A stretch of 64,000 bases of DNA. Source: the human T2T-CHM13v2.0 reference genome, Homo sapiens. The stretch's first letter is position 1, and every line of letters begins with the position of its first letter. The position numbers and the translations under genes were made by a program. The DNA lies in NCBI RefSeq assembly GCF_009914755.1, contig NC_060937.1; one strand, given 5' to 3'. The notes under the pieces are model-generated. The model was given only the letters and a program-made list of their open reading frames with translations, ran no database searches and was not told the origin of the DNA. This document shows, piece after piece, positions 10,923-23,500 of the stretch.

Positions 10923-11511
10923 CACCTGGAGGACTGTGGGTATTAGGTGTCCAAGAAGAAAGCTCAAATCTGCCTAGGGCAGGTAACTTACTTGGGATTT
11001 CCGATCCGACAGGGGTCCGAAGCCACCCGGGAACAGAAAGAAAGCATGTTATTTGCAATCTACCAGAGCCTAAGGGCCAAAGGCAGGCGAGAGAATTCTC
11101 AGGAGCTGTGGGGTTTTGTAGACTGTGGATCCCAAACTTTGCAATATAAGCCAAGCCTTTGTATGAGGTCACAAATGGGGCGGGGACCGGGAACCTTTGG
11201 AATGGGGATCCTAACAACAGCAAGTCTTTCATGAGTTAAAGGAAAAACTTCTGGCAGCTTCAGCCCTGGGGTTACCCGATCTGACAAAACCTTTTCCATT
11301 GTATGCGTCAGAGAGAGAAAAGATGGCAGGTGGACTTTTAACCCAAACTGTGGGGCCTTGGATGAGGCCGGTGGCCTATGTCTCTGAACAACTAGACAGG
11401 GTTTCTAAAGGATGGCCCCCCTGTTTGAGGGCCTTGGCAGCAACTCCCCTGCTAGTACAAGAAGCAAATGAGCTGACTCTTGGGCAAAACCTGAACATAA
11501 AGGCCCCCCAT
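10923..11511 (+). mobile_element. HERV-E-like pol fragment, copy 6
   Basis: Same segment, ~3499 bp downstream of copy 3. Confidence 0.85.
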
Positions 11512-12250
11512 TTTGTGGTGGCTGAGAGCCAGCCTCTCTTCGCCCCCTGATTCTTGGGACTCCCATCGCGGGGGGGGGAGGCACCCTCTGTGAGGCGGGG
11601 ACTGAGAGCCAGCCCTTTTTACCCCCCTGGCTCTTTGGATCCCCATCCCAGGGCGGGAGGCACCCCCGCGAGGCAGGGACTGAGAGCCAGCCCCTCTTCC
11701 CCCCTTGGCTCTTGGGACCTCCATCGCAGGGGGGGAAGCAACCCCCGCGACGAGGGGACAGAGAGCCAGCCCCTCTTCACCCCTGGCTCTTAGGACCAAC
11801 ATCGCACCTGGGGGAGGCAACCCCGCGAGGCGGGGACTGAGTTGCAGCCCCTCTTCCCCGCCTGGCTCTTAGGATCACCATCGCAGAGGCGAGAGGAACC
11901 CCCCGCGAGGCAGGGAGTAAGAGCCAGCCCCTCATCCCCCCTGGCTCATAGGACCTCCATCACAGTGGGGGGAGGCAGCCGCCGCGCGCCGAGGACTGAG
12001 ATCCAGCCTCTCTTCCCCCCCGACACTCGGGACCCCCATCGCAGGGTGGGGAGGCACAGCCCGAGAGGCGGGGACTGAGAGCCAGCCCCTCTTTCCCCCC
12101 TGGCTCTTAGGAACCCCATCGCAGGGAGGCGAGACGCCCCCCGCGTTTCGGGGAGTAAGTGCCAACCCCTCTTCCCCCCCTGACTCTTAGGACCTCCATC
12201 GCAGGGGGGCGAGGCGTAGGCGCGCTGGTTAGGAGGGGCTGGCTCCTAAG

Positions 12251-12980
12251 ACCAGTTAGAATGGCAATCATTAAAAAGTCAGTAAACAGCGGATGCTGGA
12301 GAGGATGTGGAGAAATAGGAATGCTTTCACATTGTTGGTGGGAGTGTAAATTAGTTCAACCATTGTGGAAGACAGTGTGGCGAATCCTCAAGGATCTAGA
12401 ACAAGAAATACCATTTGATCCAGTAATCCCATTACTTCGTATATATCCAAAGGATTACGAATTATTCTACTATAAAGACACATGCACATGTATGCTTATT
12501 GCAGGACTGTTCACAATAGCAAAGCATTTGAGCCAACCCAAATGCCCATCAATGATACACTGGATAAAGAAAATGTGGTGCATATACATCATGGAATACT
12601 ATGCAGCCATAAAAAGGGTGGGTTCATGTCCTTTGCAAGGACATGGATGAAGCTGGAAACCATCATTTTCAGCAAGCTAACACAGGAACAGAAAACCAAA
12701 CACAATGTTTTCTCACTCATAAGTGGACATTGAACAGTGAGAACACATGAACACAGGGAGGGAAACATCACACACTGGGGCCTTTTGGGGGATGGGAGTC
12801 AAGGGGAGGGATAGCATTAGGACAAATACCTAATGCATGTGGGGCTTACAACCTAGATGCCGGGTTAATGGGTACAGCAAACCACCATGGCACATGTATA
12901 CCTATGTTACAAACCTGCATGATCTGCACATGTATCCCAGAACTTAAGGTAAAATTGAAAACAAAAACAAAAATAAAAAT
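12251..12980 (+). mobile_element. L1PA 3' end (about L1PA7-8) with A-rich tail
   Basis: ORF2 C-terminus [10 protein letters not shown]...[16 protein letters not shown]..., then the 3'UTR ending gaacttaaggt and an A-rich tail. Confidence 0.92.
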
Positions 12981-12984
12981 ATCA

Positions 12985-13240
12985 TTCTATTGTATTACCA
13001 GAAAAAGTATCTTTATTTATTTAGGTAATCATTAATTTTTAATAGTGTTTTATAATTTTAGCTGTGTGAAACTTTCACATATTTTATCAGATTTATCTGG
13101 AGGTATTTTGTATTTTTTGCTATTATAAGTACCATTTGAAAAAATTCAATTTCATATTGTTCATTGCTCTTGTATAAAATGATTTTAATATTATATATTA
13201 TATTCGATTTCTGAAACCTTGATTAAAAAAAGATTTTTTT
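12985..13240 (-). mobile_element. Old L1M fragment
   Basis: Degenerate T-rich sequence resembling antisense L1 ORF2. Confidence 0.4.
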
Positions 13241-13244
13241 TTTC

Positions 13245-16200
13245 AGGTTGACTTTAGACATCCTGATAACTACATGCCTTGGCAATGTCTTTTTGCATTA
13301 AATCTCCCAAAAGTTCTTGGAGCTTTTTGTATCTGAATATCTAAATCTCTAGCAAGGCCACAGAAGTTTTTTCAATTATTCCCCCAAATAAATTTTTCCA
13401 ACTTTTTGCCTTCTTTTTTCCCTCAGGAATATGAGTTATTCTTAGATGTGGCCATTTTACTAATCCCCTATTTCTTGGAGACTGTGCATTTCTTTATATT
13501 CTTTTTTCTTTATTTTCTTCTGATGGGTTAATTCCAAAGCCTTGTCTTTGAGCTCTGAAATTCTTTATTTAACTTGATCTAGTCTATTGTTGGAATTTTT
13601 TACTGCATTCTGTAATTCCCTAAATGTGTCTTTCATTTCCATAAGTTCTGATATTGTTAAAATATCTAACTCTTTAGGAAGTTTTCATTCATATTCTGAA
13701 TTATTATTTTTAATTTCTTCATGTTGGTGTACACCTTTCTCTTTTATCTCATAGAGTAGTTTAATAATCAACCTTTTGCATTCTTTATCTGGTATGTCAA
13801 AGATTTCACAATGATATAGATTCATAGCTTGAGAGGTAATGTGATCTTTTGGAGGTGTTACATACATACTGTCATATTGCCAGAATTATTTTTCTGGCTC
13901 CTTCTCATTTGGGTAGACTATTTCTTCAAATTATTTTTGAATTGACTGTGTTTTTTTTTTTAATTTCTTTTTTCCCCTTAAGGATGTGACTTCCATGTTT
14001 ATAGTTAATTGTGGTGTAATTCAGCTATTGATGTTTTCAGGGGTGAAGACTGTATCAGCTCCTTGGTTATAGAGGGTCTGTGTATGTGGATTCCTCAGAT
14101 GATGGTGTATGAGCAAGTTTACTGTCTCCTATGAAGCTAGAATGGCAGAGGTCTGTTGAAGCCTATCTCATTCCCTTGTGGTTTTCACTTTATTTATTTT
14201 TCCACAGTATTTTATTTATTAGGTTGAATAGTTCAAGCTGCAGTCCAGTAGGGAAGGTGTCCCTGGGTAGAAACAAGTTGTCACTAAAGCAGGTGGGTAA
14301 ATGCAATATGCAATGATAGACAGAGGTCACAGCCTTGAGGGTGACTGAGGGATCTCCCAATGTAACACGTTGAGGTCTTATCAGAGGGAAAAGTGGGAGC
14401 CACCTCAACTCTCCTGCCAGGCCAGCAGGAAAGTGATCCATCTTATAGTTGTATTAATCCATCCTTACACTGCTATAAAGAACTACCTGAGACTGGGTAA
14501 TTCATGAAGAAAAAAGGTTTAATTGACTCACAGTTCCACAGGCTTAACAGGAAGCATGACTGTGAGGCCTCAGGAAACTTAAAATCATGGCAGAAGGTGG
14601 AAGAGATGCAAGGACCTTCTTCACAGTGGCAGCAGGAGAGAGACACAGAGAGAGAGAGAGCACAAAGGGGTAAGTGTCACACACTTTCAAACCAGATCTC
14701 ATGAGAACTCACTCACTGTCAGGAGACCACCAAGGGGGAAGTCCTCCTGTATGATTCAATCACTTCTCACCAGGCCCCTCCCCAGCATGTGAAGATTACA
14801 ATTTGAAATGAGATTTGGATGGGGATACAGAGCCAAACCATATCACAGTCATTCTCTTGGCCCAGTATTCTGGCTGTTCAGATCAGACAGGCACCTCTTA
14901 TCATCTGTAGGAATATCGAGAGGACATTCAAATAGAGAGGAATTGTTACCTTACCCCTCATGCAAGCCTGAATCTGAAGAGCACTCCTTTGGTGGTGATG
15001 CAGTCGCCTTGAAGTGTTCCAGAAAGACCGTTTACAGGTACACCCATGCTGATGTCCCATGAGAGAAGTCCCAGCCGTGTCTGTAGTGATGAATGAGTGG
15101 GAAAAGAAGTCCCCTTCTCCCAGACCTCTCACAAGTATCAGGGCTGCCTGAGTATTTGGATAGAGCTGCAGGTATTCCCCGCTGAGCCCAGCACTGCACC
15201 TATGCCTCTACTAAAAGAAACTTCCCACCGGCAGAAAAATTTTGGGACTCAAAGCCTGCCATCTGGATTGTTTTGTCCCATGGAATGTTCCTTTGATGTG
15301 GTGCATTCTTCTTTCTCTTAGGAGTAGAAAGCCCTGAGAGCTATTCTACCGTGTATGCTGCTGCTCCTCTGGGTCTAGCCGTACAGTGGGGCTGCCACAC
15401 TTCATGTGGATGCTCCGGAATGTCTGCAAGGGATCCAGTGATGTTACCTGTCCTCAAGTCTGTTTATAGTTACACCCATGCTGAGGTCCCATGAGAGAAT
15501 TCCCAGCTGTGTCTGTAGTGATGAATGAGTGGGAAAAGAAGTCCCCTTCTCCCAGACGTCTCACAAGTATCAGGGCTGCCTGACTATTTGGATAGAGCTG
15601 CAGGTACCCACAGCAGTGGGTACCAACACCAGCTCTGATGGAGGTGACAGGTTAGTGACATAGACCCTGTGAGATTCCTTGGTTATAAATAGCCTTAGTG
15701 TGTTGGATTTCTCCAATGCTGGTTGTAGTAGGAATTAACTGGTCATGTGGAAAGACTCAGGACCTCCTGGTTAGCCAGGGTGTTGAAGGCAATGATGATA
15801 GCTGAGGTTATGCACAAATTTTCTCCTTCTTGAGCACTGCATTAATCTGCCTGGAGATGACATAATGAACTGTGCCAGCTGACCTCCAGCCAGAAGATGA
15901 CAGTTGCAAAAGAGTGCCAGTTATGATGGTAACAGTGCGATTTGTGTTTGCCTTATGTTACCTAGGGAGTTATTCTGGATTCTCAAGGAATGACCAGGGA
16001 CATAGAGCTCCCAAAAGTTTCTGTCTGTTGTGGTAAACTACCAGGGCAGGCTCAGGGGCAAAGCCAGGTGGGGGCTGGATCAGATAGGTCCGTATTCTGT
16101 CTTTCCGTGCATGGGACAAGCAATAGCCCCTGTGGGGATTTGTTGATGATTCTCTGGCTGCTGGGATAATGTTCTAGGGGGAAGCAAGGCTGCCTTTGTT

Positions 16201-16990
16201 GCACAGTTTACATAGGGAGTGTGGAGTAGCAGACAACAGTAAGCCTCACCCAGCTCTCATGTAGTTGGCAAGGCAGGTCTCACCCCTGTAGTGTTCTGCT
16301 AGCTACAGCTAGCTAAATTCCAGGCATTCTGCACTTAGAAATCAAAACTGTCCCAGGCCATAAGCCTGACTTTCAGATCATGCTCCTCCTTGACCAACTG
16401 TTAAGCAATGGCACCCAGCTCCATCACAGTAGCTGCAACACACTTCCCACTCACCCCCTGGTTCTGGCCAAGGGAGTTCATGAGCACTCAATTATATTGT
16501 GAATTTTAGCTGGGAGCTTCTCTTAAGCTGTTACCACCGCCTTATTTAGCTGGCAGACTTCCCTGAGGTCTCCTATGAGGTAGAGTCAGAAACGGTCTCC
16601 CTCCAACTACACTGGAGACTGGGAATGCACGCAAGGCTCTTCCAGTAGCCGTACCTACTTTTATATTCCCCATTGCTTCCTAAATCAGTTCCAGAGCTGG
16701 GTAGGGTTAAGGCCTTCCCTCGTGGCCTGGGTTGCCAGGTTCCCTGCTGGAAGTATATAACCTGGAGGTAGTTCATCTCCCTCTCAGATTCTGGGAACTT
16801 ACAGTTTTCCACCAGGCTCACAGTATAGCATGCAGCCTGCAGCTTTTTTTTTTTTTTTTTCAAAGAGTCTGGGGTTTCTTTTAGTTTTTCTAAGTTCCTG
16901 AATCTCTTTTTGGAAAAAAGTTCATAGTGTGAGACTCTACACATTAGTTTGTCTTTCTATGTGGGAGAGGCATGTTAACAATGCATTTTT
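13245..16990 (-). mobile_element. L1 5' portion (5'UTR and ORF1 N-terminus; L1PB/old L1PA type), interrupted by a MaLR LTR
   Basis: ORF 13685-13867 (TPPKDHITSQAM...EIFDIPDKECKRLIIKLL) resembles ORF1p of old primate L1, preceded by a long GC-richer 5'UTR. Confidence 0.7.
14450..14847 (-). mobile_element. MaLR solo LTR (MSTA/THE1 type)
   Basis: tgtattaatccatc...gctataaagaactacctgagactgggtaatt...gagccaaaccatatca. Confidence 0.88.
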
Positions 16991-17029
16991 TTCATTAGAT
17001 CCTTGTTCTATAAGTTTTTTTCTGTTTTT

Positions 17030-17077
17030 TCCTTCTCTTTTTCCTTCCTTCCTTCCTTCCTTCCTTCCTTCCTTCTT

Positions 17078-17111
<34 letters not shown>

Positions 17112-17358
17112 ATGTAGTTTAGCTCGTTAGCCTGGCTGGAGTGCAATGGTGGACCTCGGCTCACTGCAACCTCATCCTCCTGGATTGAAGTGATTCTCCT
17201 GCCTCAGTCTCATGAGTAGCTGGGACTATAGGTGCATGCCACCACACCTGGCTAATTTTTTTTTTTTTTTTTTTTTTGTATTTTTAGTAGAGACGAGGTT
17301 TTGCCATGTTGGCCAGGCTGCTCTCAAACTCCTGACCTCAGATGATCCACCCGCCTCA
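17030..17358 (-). mobile_element. AluS, partial, with (TTCC)n and long poly-T tail
   Basis: ctggagtgcaatgg...gctgggactatagg...ctcctgacctcagatgatccacccgcctc. Confidence 0.88.
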
Positions 17359-17359
17359 A

Positions 17360-17930
17360 TTTTAATTGTTATTTTCTTTACTTTTAAAACATTTTGTTAA
17401 AAATGAAAACACAAACACACATGTTAGACTGGGCCTACACAGAATCGGGATCATCAATATCATTGTCTTCAACCTCCACATCTTGCCCACTGAAAGGTCA
17501 TGTTGGACAACATGTGTGGAGCTGTCATCTCCTATGATAACAATGCTTTCTTCTGGAATATCTCCCTAAGGAACCAGCCTGAGGATCTTTTACACTTAAC
17601 TTTATTTTTATTTTTTAAGTAGAAGGAATACCTAAAATAACTATAAAAGTATAGTAGAGTAAATACATAAACCAGTAACATGGTAGTTTATAATCATTAT
17701 TAAGTATTACATACTATACATAATTATATGTGCTATACATTTATGAAGGTAGGTTCATTTACACCAGCATCACCACAAACATGTAAGTAATGTGTCGTCC
17801 TATGAAGTTGTGATGGCTACAGCATCACTAGAGGGCAGAAATTTTACAGCTCCATTACAATCTTATGGAACCACCATCCTATATGCAGTGGATTATTGAC
17901 TGAAACTTCATTACGTGCTATGTGACTGTA
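17360..17930. mobile_element. Tigger3 (TcMar) DNA transposon fragment
   Basis: Contains gctgtcatctcctatgataacaatgc and acaccagcatcaccacaaacatg, and ends gtgactgta with a TA target. Confidence 0.7.
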
Positions 17931-19047
17931 ATGTACATTAACTGTCTTAAATAAAAATCTAAAAGTTTTTAACCTTTTATTTCTTGCCTTACTGCTGTTC
18001 TTTTTAAAATTATTCGTTTTAAATAACTAGAAATACTTATATTGAAATTGCTCCCAAATCAAGATTCTAAAAATATATGGCACCTATTCTAACAAAATAT
18101 TCTCAGGGGAATTTTGAAAAGTTCTAAAACGACCCCTCAAAAATGCCCACCACAATTATTTTTATATGGCTAGTAATACATCATGTACACATTCTTAGAA
18201 TGGTAAATTTTAGGGGTATATCTATATTATTAGATGAAAAGATAAAGCACTGTTTGATTAAGTATTTATATAGTGTTATTTTCTCTCATTTTGGCAACAT
18301 AGTGATGATTATTACAGATATATTTCTGTTCAAGGTCAAAATACTATTCTAATACTGACACAATTTATTTTACATGTTAGACATAAATTCTCGCTTTCAT
18401 TTAAAAAGTTTTATGTTATGTCTGAGACATTATGTTCAGAACTATTTTCACAATGTCAACTAATATTTGAGTAAGTTTTGCTTTGAAAATTTCCTAGACA
18501 AGTAACTAGATTTTATTTAATGCATTCAATATTTAAACTTTTTGTTAACACAAATTTATTATTATAGTAAATCAGATATTCCGTAAATAACTATATAAAA
18601 ATATACTTACCAAAAAATATAGGTAATAGAAGCACTCGGGCTGAAAATATCACTAATGAAATATTATATAGGGATTTTTTTATTCCTGTGATTAGCAGTT
18701 CTTGAGCTTTTTATTATTTGAGAAAGAGCAGTAATCTTAGAATTTATTTCTCTACATAGATAAAGTTTAAAGAGTACATATGTATGAAATAATCAGTACA
18801 CACACAGCACTCAAGCCATGCTTTCTATATCTTGCACTTTTGCCATTAATGTGTAGATGGAGAGGCATGCATAGTTTTTTTTATTGTTTTCATTTTTTAT
18901 TTTGACATGTAAATTTGGGTTAAGTATAAAAATTCAAGCTATATCTTTACTGATTAAAACATTTCTGGTAGAATCATTGCAGGTGAGTGAAAGAACAAAC
19001 AGAAATCAAAGGAGAAAATTTATTTCAATTGATTGCAGAAGAGTGAA

Positions 19048-19530
19048 ATTGTTACAAAACCCCCAAATTTAAGTTTGAGTACCCAATGCACAATAAGCCA
19101 AACACTGATACATCAGCGCTTAGGAAGAGAGAAAGGCATTATTTGATTTGGCCAAAATGAGAGAGTGCGAGAGGCAAATTCTCAAATCCGACTTGCCTTT
19201 GAACATAACCAGAAGCTTTTATGAGTAAGGTCGGTATGCGGGAGGTGAGATCTCCTAGTCAAAGCTGTGTCCATCCCTCCTCTGATCAGACTTCTGGATG
19301 CCATCAAGGAGGTCTGCATAACCTAAGATTATTGTTCTTTAAAACAAAAACAATCTCATTAATCTTGTAGGCAACACTTGGGGGTTAGAACATGAAGTTA
19401 ATCAATTACTAGTGACTATCTTCTATCAAAATGACTGTGTGCAAGCAAGCATGCATGCAGGAAGAAAAGGACAAAGAGAAAGAAAATAAGTGAAACAAAC
19501 ACCTTATGATTTTTATAAGTTACAAACTGA
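19048..19530. mobile_element. Probable ERV LTR remnant
   Basis: LTR-like start (tgttac) and GC-richer composition within an AT-rich background; family not recognised. Confidence 0.35.
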
Positions 19531-22500
19531 TATAAATGGGATTCAAGGACAAAATAGAAGTTTTAATAGTATTAGCATGTGTCACCTGTTCATGAGGCCT
19601 CTAAAACCTGCTTACACATACTCAATTTTAGTACACCCCTACACTTCGTGGACATTAGCATATATGCAATGGCTTTACTTACAGACTGAAAATTCAGGAA
19701 AGTAAGCATCACAAAAAATTAAGCAAAAGATAGAGAATATGTTTGTGTGAGTGCATGTAAGCATCCTTCTCAAGTCTCCTAGATATCTATGATACAATAA
19801 ACATGAACTTGATAGCACATTAACAGTGACACTTAGTTTCCAAGTTAAGCTTCTTCTTTAGATGTTTTGGCTAACAATGACAATTATACACTTTAGGCTG
19901 ACTTAAAATTCTTTCATTTTACCAACTTTACAAATGTGATATTATATTGATATAAGTAAAATAGTGAATGTTTTTATGCTTGATTGTTTTATCTCTTGCC
20001 TTTCAATTACAACAAAAACTTAAGAAAAGCTAAGTTATTTAAAAGAAGACAGAAAGAAAATAGGTAAATTGCTATTTTATTTCCTATTCAAAATATTCTA
20101 AATAAGAATCAGTATGTTAAATGTTACTAGCAACCAAGGATAGTAATGCCCATTTATTACTATTTTACACATAAGAAACTGAGACAATGAAGTTAGGTCA
20201 GTATCCCATAGCACTCACTCCTAGCTGAGAGCTCAGCTGGGATGAGAATCTCCTTTTTAAATTTTTTTTCTAAAGTCTGTAATGTTCCTATCATCCAAGG
20301 TTCTCTCTAAAACATAAAATTGTCCAGAATTAATTACTGTTGCATATGCCGTCAATTCTAAACACTTTGAAAGTCATTTTTATTGACCTTGTCAAGATGT
20401 TATGCTACACTGATTAAAATATAGTTGACAGTTAATACTCTAAAAAGATCCCCTTTGAGTATTGTGGTCATTGATGGATTCACATGCTAGTAGAAACTCT
20501 ACATTTTTCAGTAAAATTTAGATAAAATTTTAGATTTTTTATCTCCAACACAAAAGAAAATATTTCTTGTAGTTTTAGGAAAGTTGATATAATTGTCAAA
20601 CCATTCATATAAACAACCTATTGAATTTACTTTAATGTCAATAATGGCCCATCAATATAGATTAAGCCACATGTAAATCTTTCATATAACACTTTCAAAT
20701 AATTACATTTTAAACATTTACATTTCAACACAGTGGGATAGTGTAAACTTCATCTAGCAAAGGTAGTACTATTTATATTACATTCCCTATTGCATTTTGC
20801 CTATCAATGTATGTGAAAGTTAAAATATTGATCTGTACTCTATTGGTGTATAATCATTAATAATCAAGAATAATGAATAGTCATTATTAAAATAGCAACG
20901 AATAATCTTTAATTTTTGAGATATCATAGAAAATTTGGAATAACATCATTTATTTAAAATATGAAATATATGCACATTAATGTAACATTTAGCTTCTTTA
21001 GAATATTCCCATATAAGAGAAGGCTATAAGTAAATGAATACATAAATATAAAGAACATATTTACTTTTTTTTTCTATGCAGGAGTCCATTTAACAAAGTA
21101 TAACGGAAGATAAGTTTCTTGAAACATTTTTAAAAGTGTAATATAGGTACGCATTCTGATTTCTTACCATCTGTCCTTATATATACCAAGTTTGACATTA
21201 CCTCTGCCAAAACAGAGAATGGCATATCCTGTCAAGCACCTAATGTTTTCTGAGTAAACTCTTGTTTTGAATGATATTACTGAATCAGGTTAATCGAATG
21301 ATTCCATTAAAGGTGTTTTCACAGCCTGAGTTTCTGCTGTTATATTCAATTGTTTTAATTACCTTGATCTTCATTAGATTTAAATGTTCTTTTTTTCCGT
21401 TTGCTAAACATAGATTCGAGTTTCATATTATAATAACCTGAAAGTAAATCAAAGAGGAAAATTTAAAAAGAGACTAATTAATTGTGATGCCTTTATATTC
21501 CACTGATTTTTTTTTATTAGAGAAGGTTTAAATTGTTCATCTTCACATTTTATCACTTCATTAGGAAAAGCAACCTGTATTACCCAAGTTCAAAACTAAC
21601 ATCCAACAGGAGCCGTAAACTCTGATCTTGCTAGATTGAGCACTGCCTTTTATCTTCTTTCTCATAAATACAGAGATAAAATAGAGACTCAGCTGGATGC
21701 ACCCTTTAGCAATTATTTCCCCTATGATCTTCACACTAGGATAACAGGCCACATGTGAAAAGACTTATGCACTCTGATAAAGATTCTCAGTACAAATTCG
21801 GTTTTACTGTATTTCATTCTGACATTTCTTACACAGGTGTTTTTTTTTGGTGACTTGCTTATTTAAGAGGTGCCACTTCTTATAGATGGCTAACTATTAA
21901 ACTTTTTGAAGCTTTGGCTTTATTCTGCTTTTGCCATGACATAATTTAAAAAAAAAAAAGCGATGTCTGCCTGAAGTGATAATTGCATCATTTACATACT
22001 GTGAAAATTCAGGAAGGAGAAAGTCGGTTCTATTGTGTATTACAATGAAAAGATTAGACATGAGAATGATATTTATCAAGATATTTATAAATAAATGCTC
22101 TGACTTCATGTCTTACATGTCATGCCAATATTTATTATAGAATCTGAGAATATAAATACTTACTCCTTATTTAATGTGAAGATAATCCAGCGCAAGGATG
22201 AGAAAGCACTCCATAGTTTAGTTTTGTTTCCCTGGCAGATTTTAATGTAGCTTTAAAATCCACACTGAACTTAATATTTTGTACTACTATATTTTACTCT
22301 TAAGGTTTTATTTCTAAATAATCATTTTAATTTTATGCGTATATTATATTATTGTCTGAGATCATGTCTATGTCTTTCCAAAACTTTGCTAATGAAGAAA
22401 CTTTAAACTCGAAGTTTTACATTTACTTTACCTGAACTTAACCCATAAAGTATTATGAAAGTATTTCTTCCCACTCATGACACTTTGTCACATTCATTTA

Positions 22501-23129
22501 TACTGATTATTTTTAGTATTCTATAACTAATCTGGAATATGTGAAAAGGTCATCTTTCCTCATATGGGATATATAAAGCATCAGGCAAAAATGGCATCTC
22601 AAAACACAGTTCTGAAAATAAAATAAATTATCAAAAAACAGATGCTGGTTTTCAGGGTCGCAATATCTCATAATCAAATTTTTTACTTGAAGGGGGCACT
22701 TCCTTGTGAGTTCTTGATTTATATCATCCAGAAAACCTCCCCACGAAGGAAAATGCTTTTGATATTTTTCTTCCTCCCGGTTAGCTATCCAGGCTCATCA
22801 ATATTTTCTCTTGAGCATGACAAGAGAGATTTCTACTATAATATAATGATGTCCATCATCAAAAATTTCTACTGAAAGATAATTCCAACTATGAGATTAT
22901 AATTCTTAGAAGTGTAGTTCTAGGAGTATAAAATATTCCATTAATAACAGATTATTGACTGTATGGTCAAGCAAAAAATGTCATAACATGAAAAGCAAAT
23001 ACAAAAGTGAGAGAAGAATGTTTCTTCCCCAAATGTATTCTTATGGTGAAAAAGGCCTGTTTAAATCACTATTTCTAGGAATACAAAGAGGCTCAGAGAT
23101 TTTATTTTTTCTAAGTCTTCCTCAGCTCT

Positions 23130-23500
23130 TCTCCCTCCTGCTTGCAGTTCTCAGAATTTATCAAGAATGCAGCATCCAGAGATAAAGGGGAGATGTCTGA
23201 AATAACCCAGACTATGTCCTTATTCCTCTCAGAACAGGATGTTCTGCAAACCTGAACTCAGTGTGACAAGTCGTTTCCAATGTAAAACCCACAATGGAGT
23301 GCTCTCAGGTCCCTTAGCTGCAGTGTGTTGTGAGGCATGCACAGACGAGACTATTTAACCTAGGCAGTTTTCCTGAACTTTGGAGTTCAGCTTGCAATGG
23401 ATCCTAGGGCTTGTTTATCCTTGATGCCTATCTGCGAATGATATGTATACTTCGCTTGACTTGTTGTGCCAGTATTCTGTCTCAGCAGACTCATGCAATT
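23130..23500. mobile_element. Probable LTR remnant
   Basis: Compositional island with LTR-like motifs; family not recognised. Confidence 0.3.

Larger units (their letters stand above)
5062..12215 (+). repeat. GC/CpG-rich ~75-bp satellite interleaved with ERV pol fragments; ~3.5-kb higher-order repeat x2
   Basis: Unit ggggactgagagccagcccctcttcccccctggctcttaggacccccatcgcagggggggaggcaccccccgcgaggc, in blocks of 1 to ~15 monomers between pol copies. Confidence 0.92.

Noticed and set aside
5692-11511. Functional reverse transcriptase or intact provirus
   Set aside because: Only the segment after the YxDD motif is present, it is frameshifted in every copy, and there are no LTRs, gag or env.
5229-12165. 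Dozens of Pro/Gly/Arg-rich ORFs on both strands
   Set aside because: They are translations of the GC satellite or antisense pol, and many begin at non-ATG codons.
1910-12215. CRISPR-like repeat-spacer array
   Set aside because: The DNA is eukaryotic, the units are tandem without unique spacers, the intervening pol pieces are copies of each other, and there are no cas genes.
5062-12215. PRDM9-A 13-mer (CCNCCNTNNCCNC) in the GC monomer
   Set aside because: A manual check of the consensus on both strands found no exact match; a PWM scan would be needed.
1300-12980. Single L1-mediated (twin-primed or SVA-like) insertion with L1 ends as inverted termini
   Set aside because: The two L1 ends look like different subfamilies, no TSD is visible outside the tails, and twin priming would not give two poly-A ends. 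There is also no SVA hexamer, Alu-like or SINE-R part.
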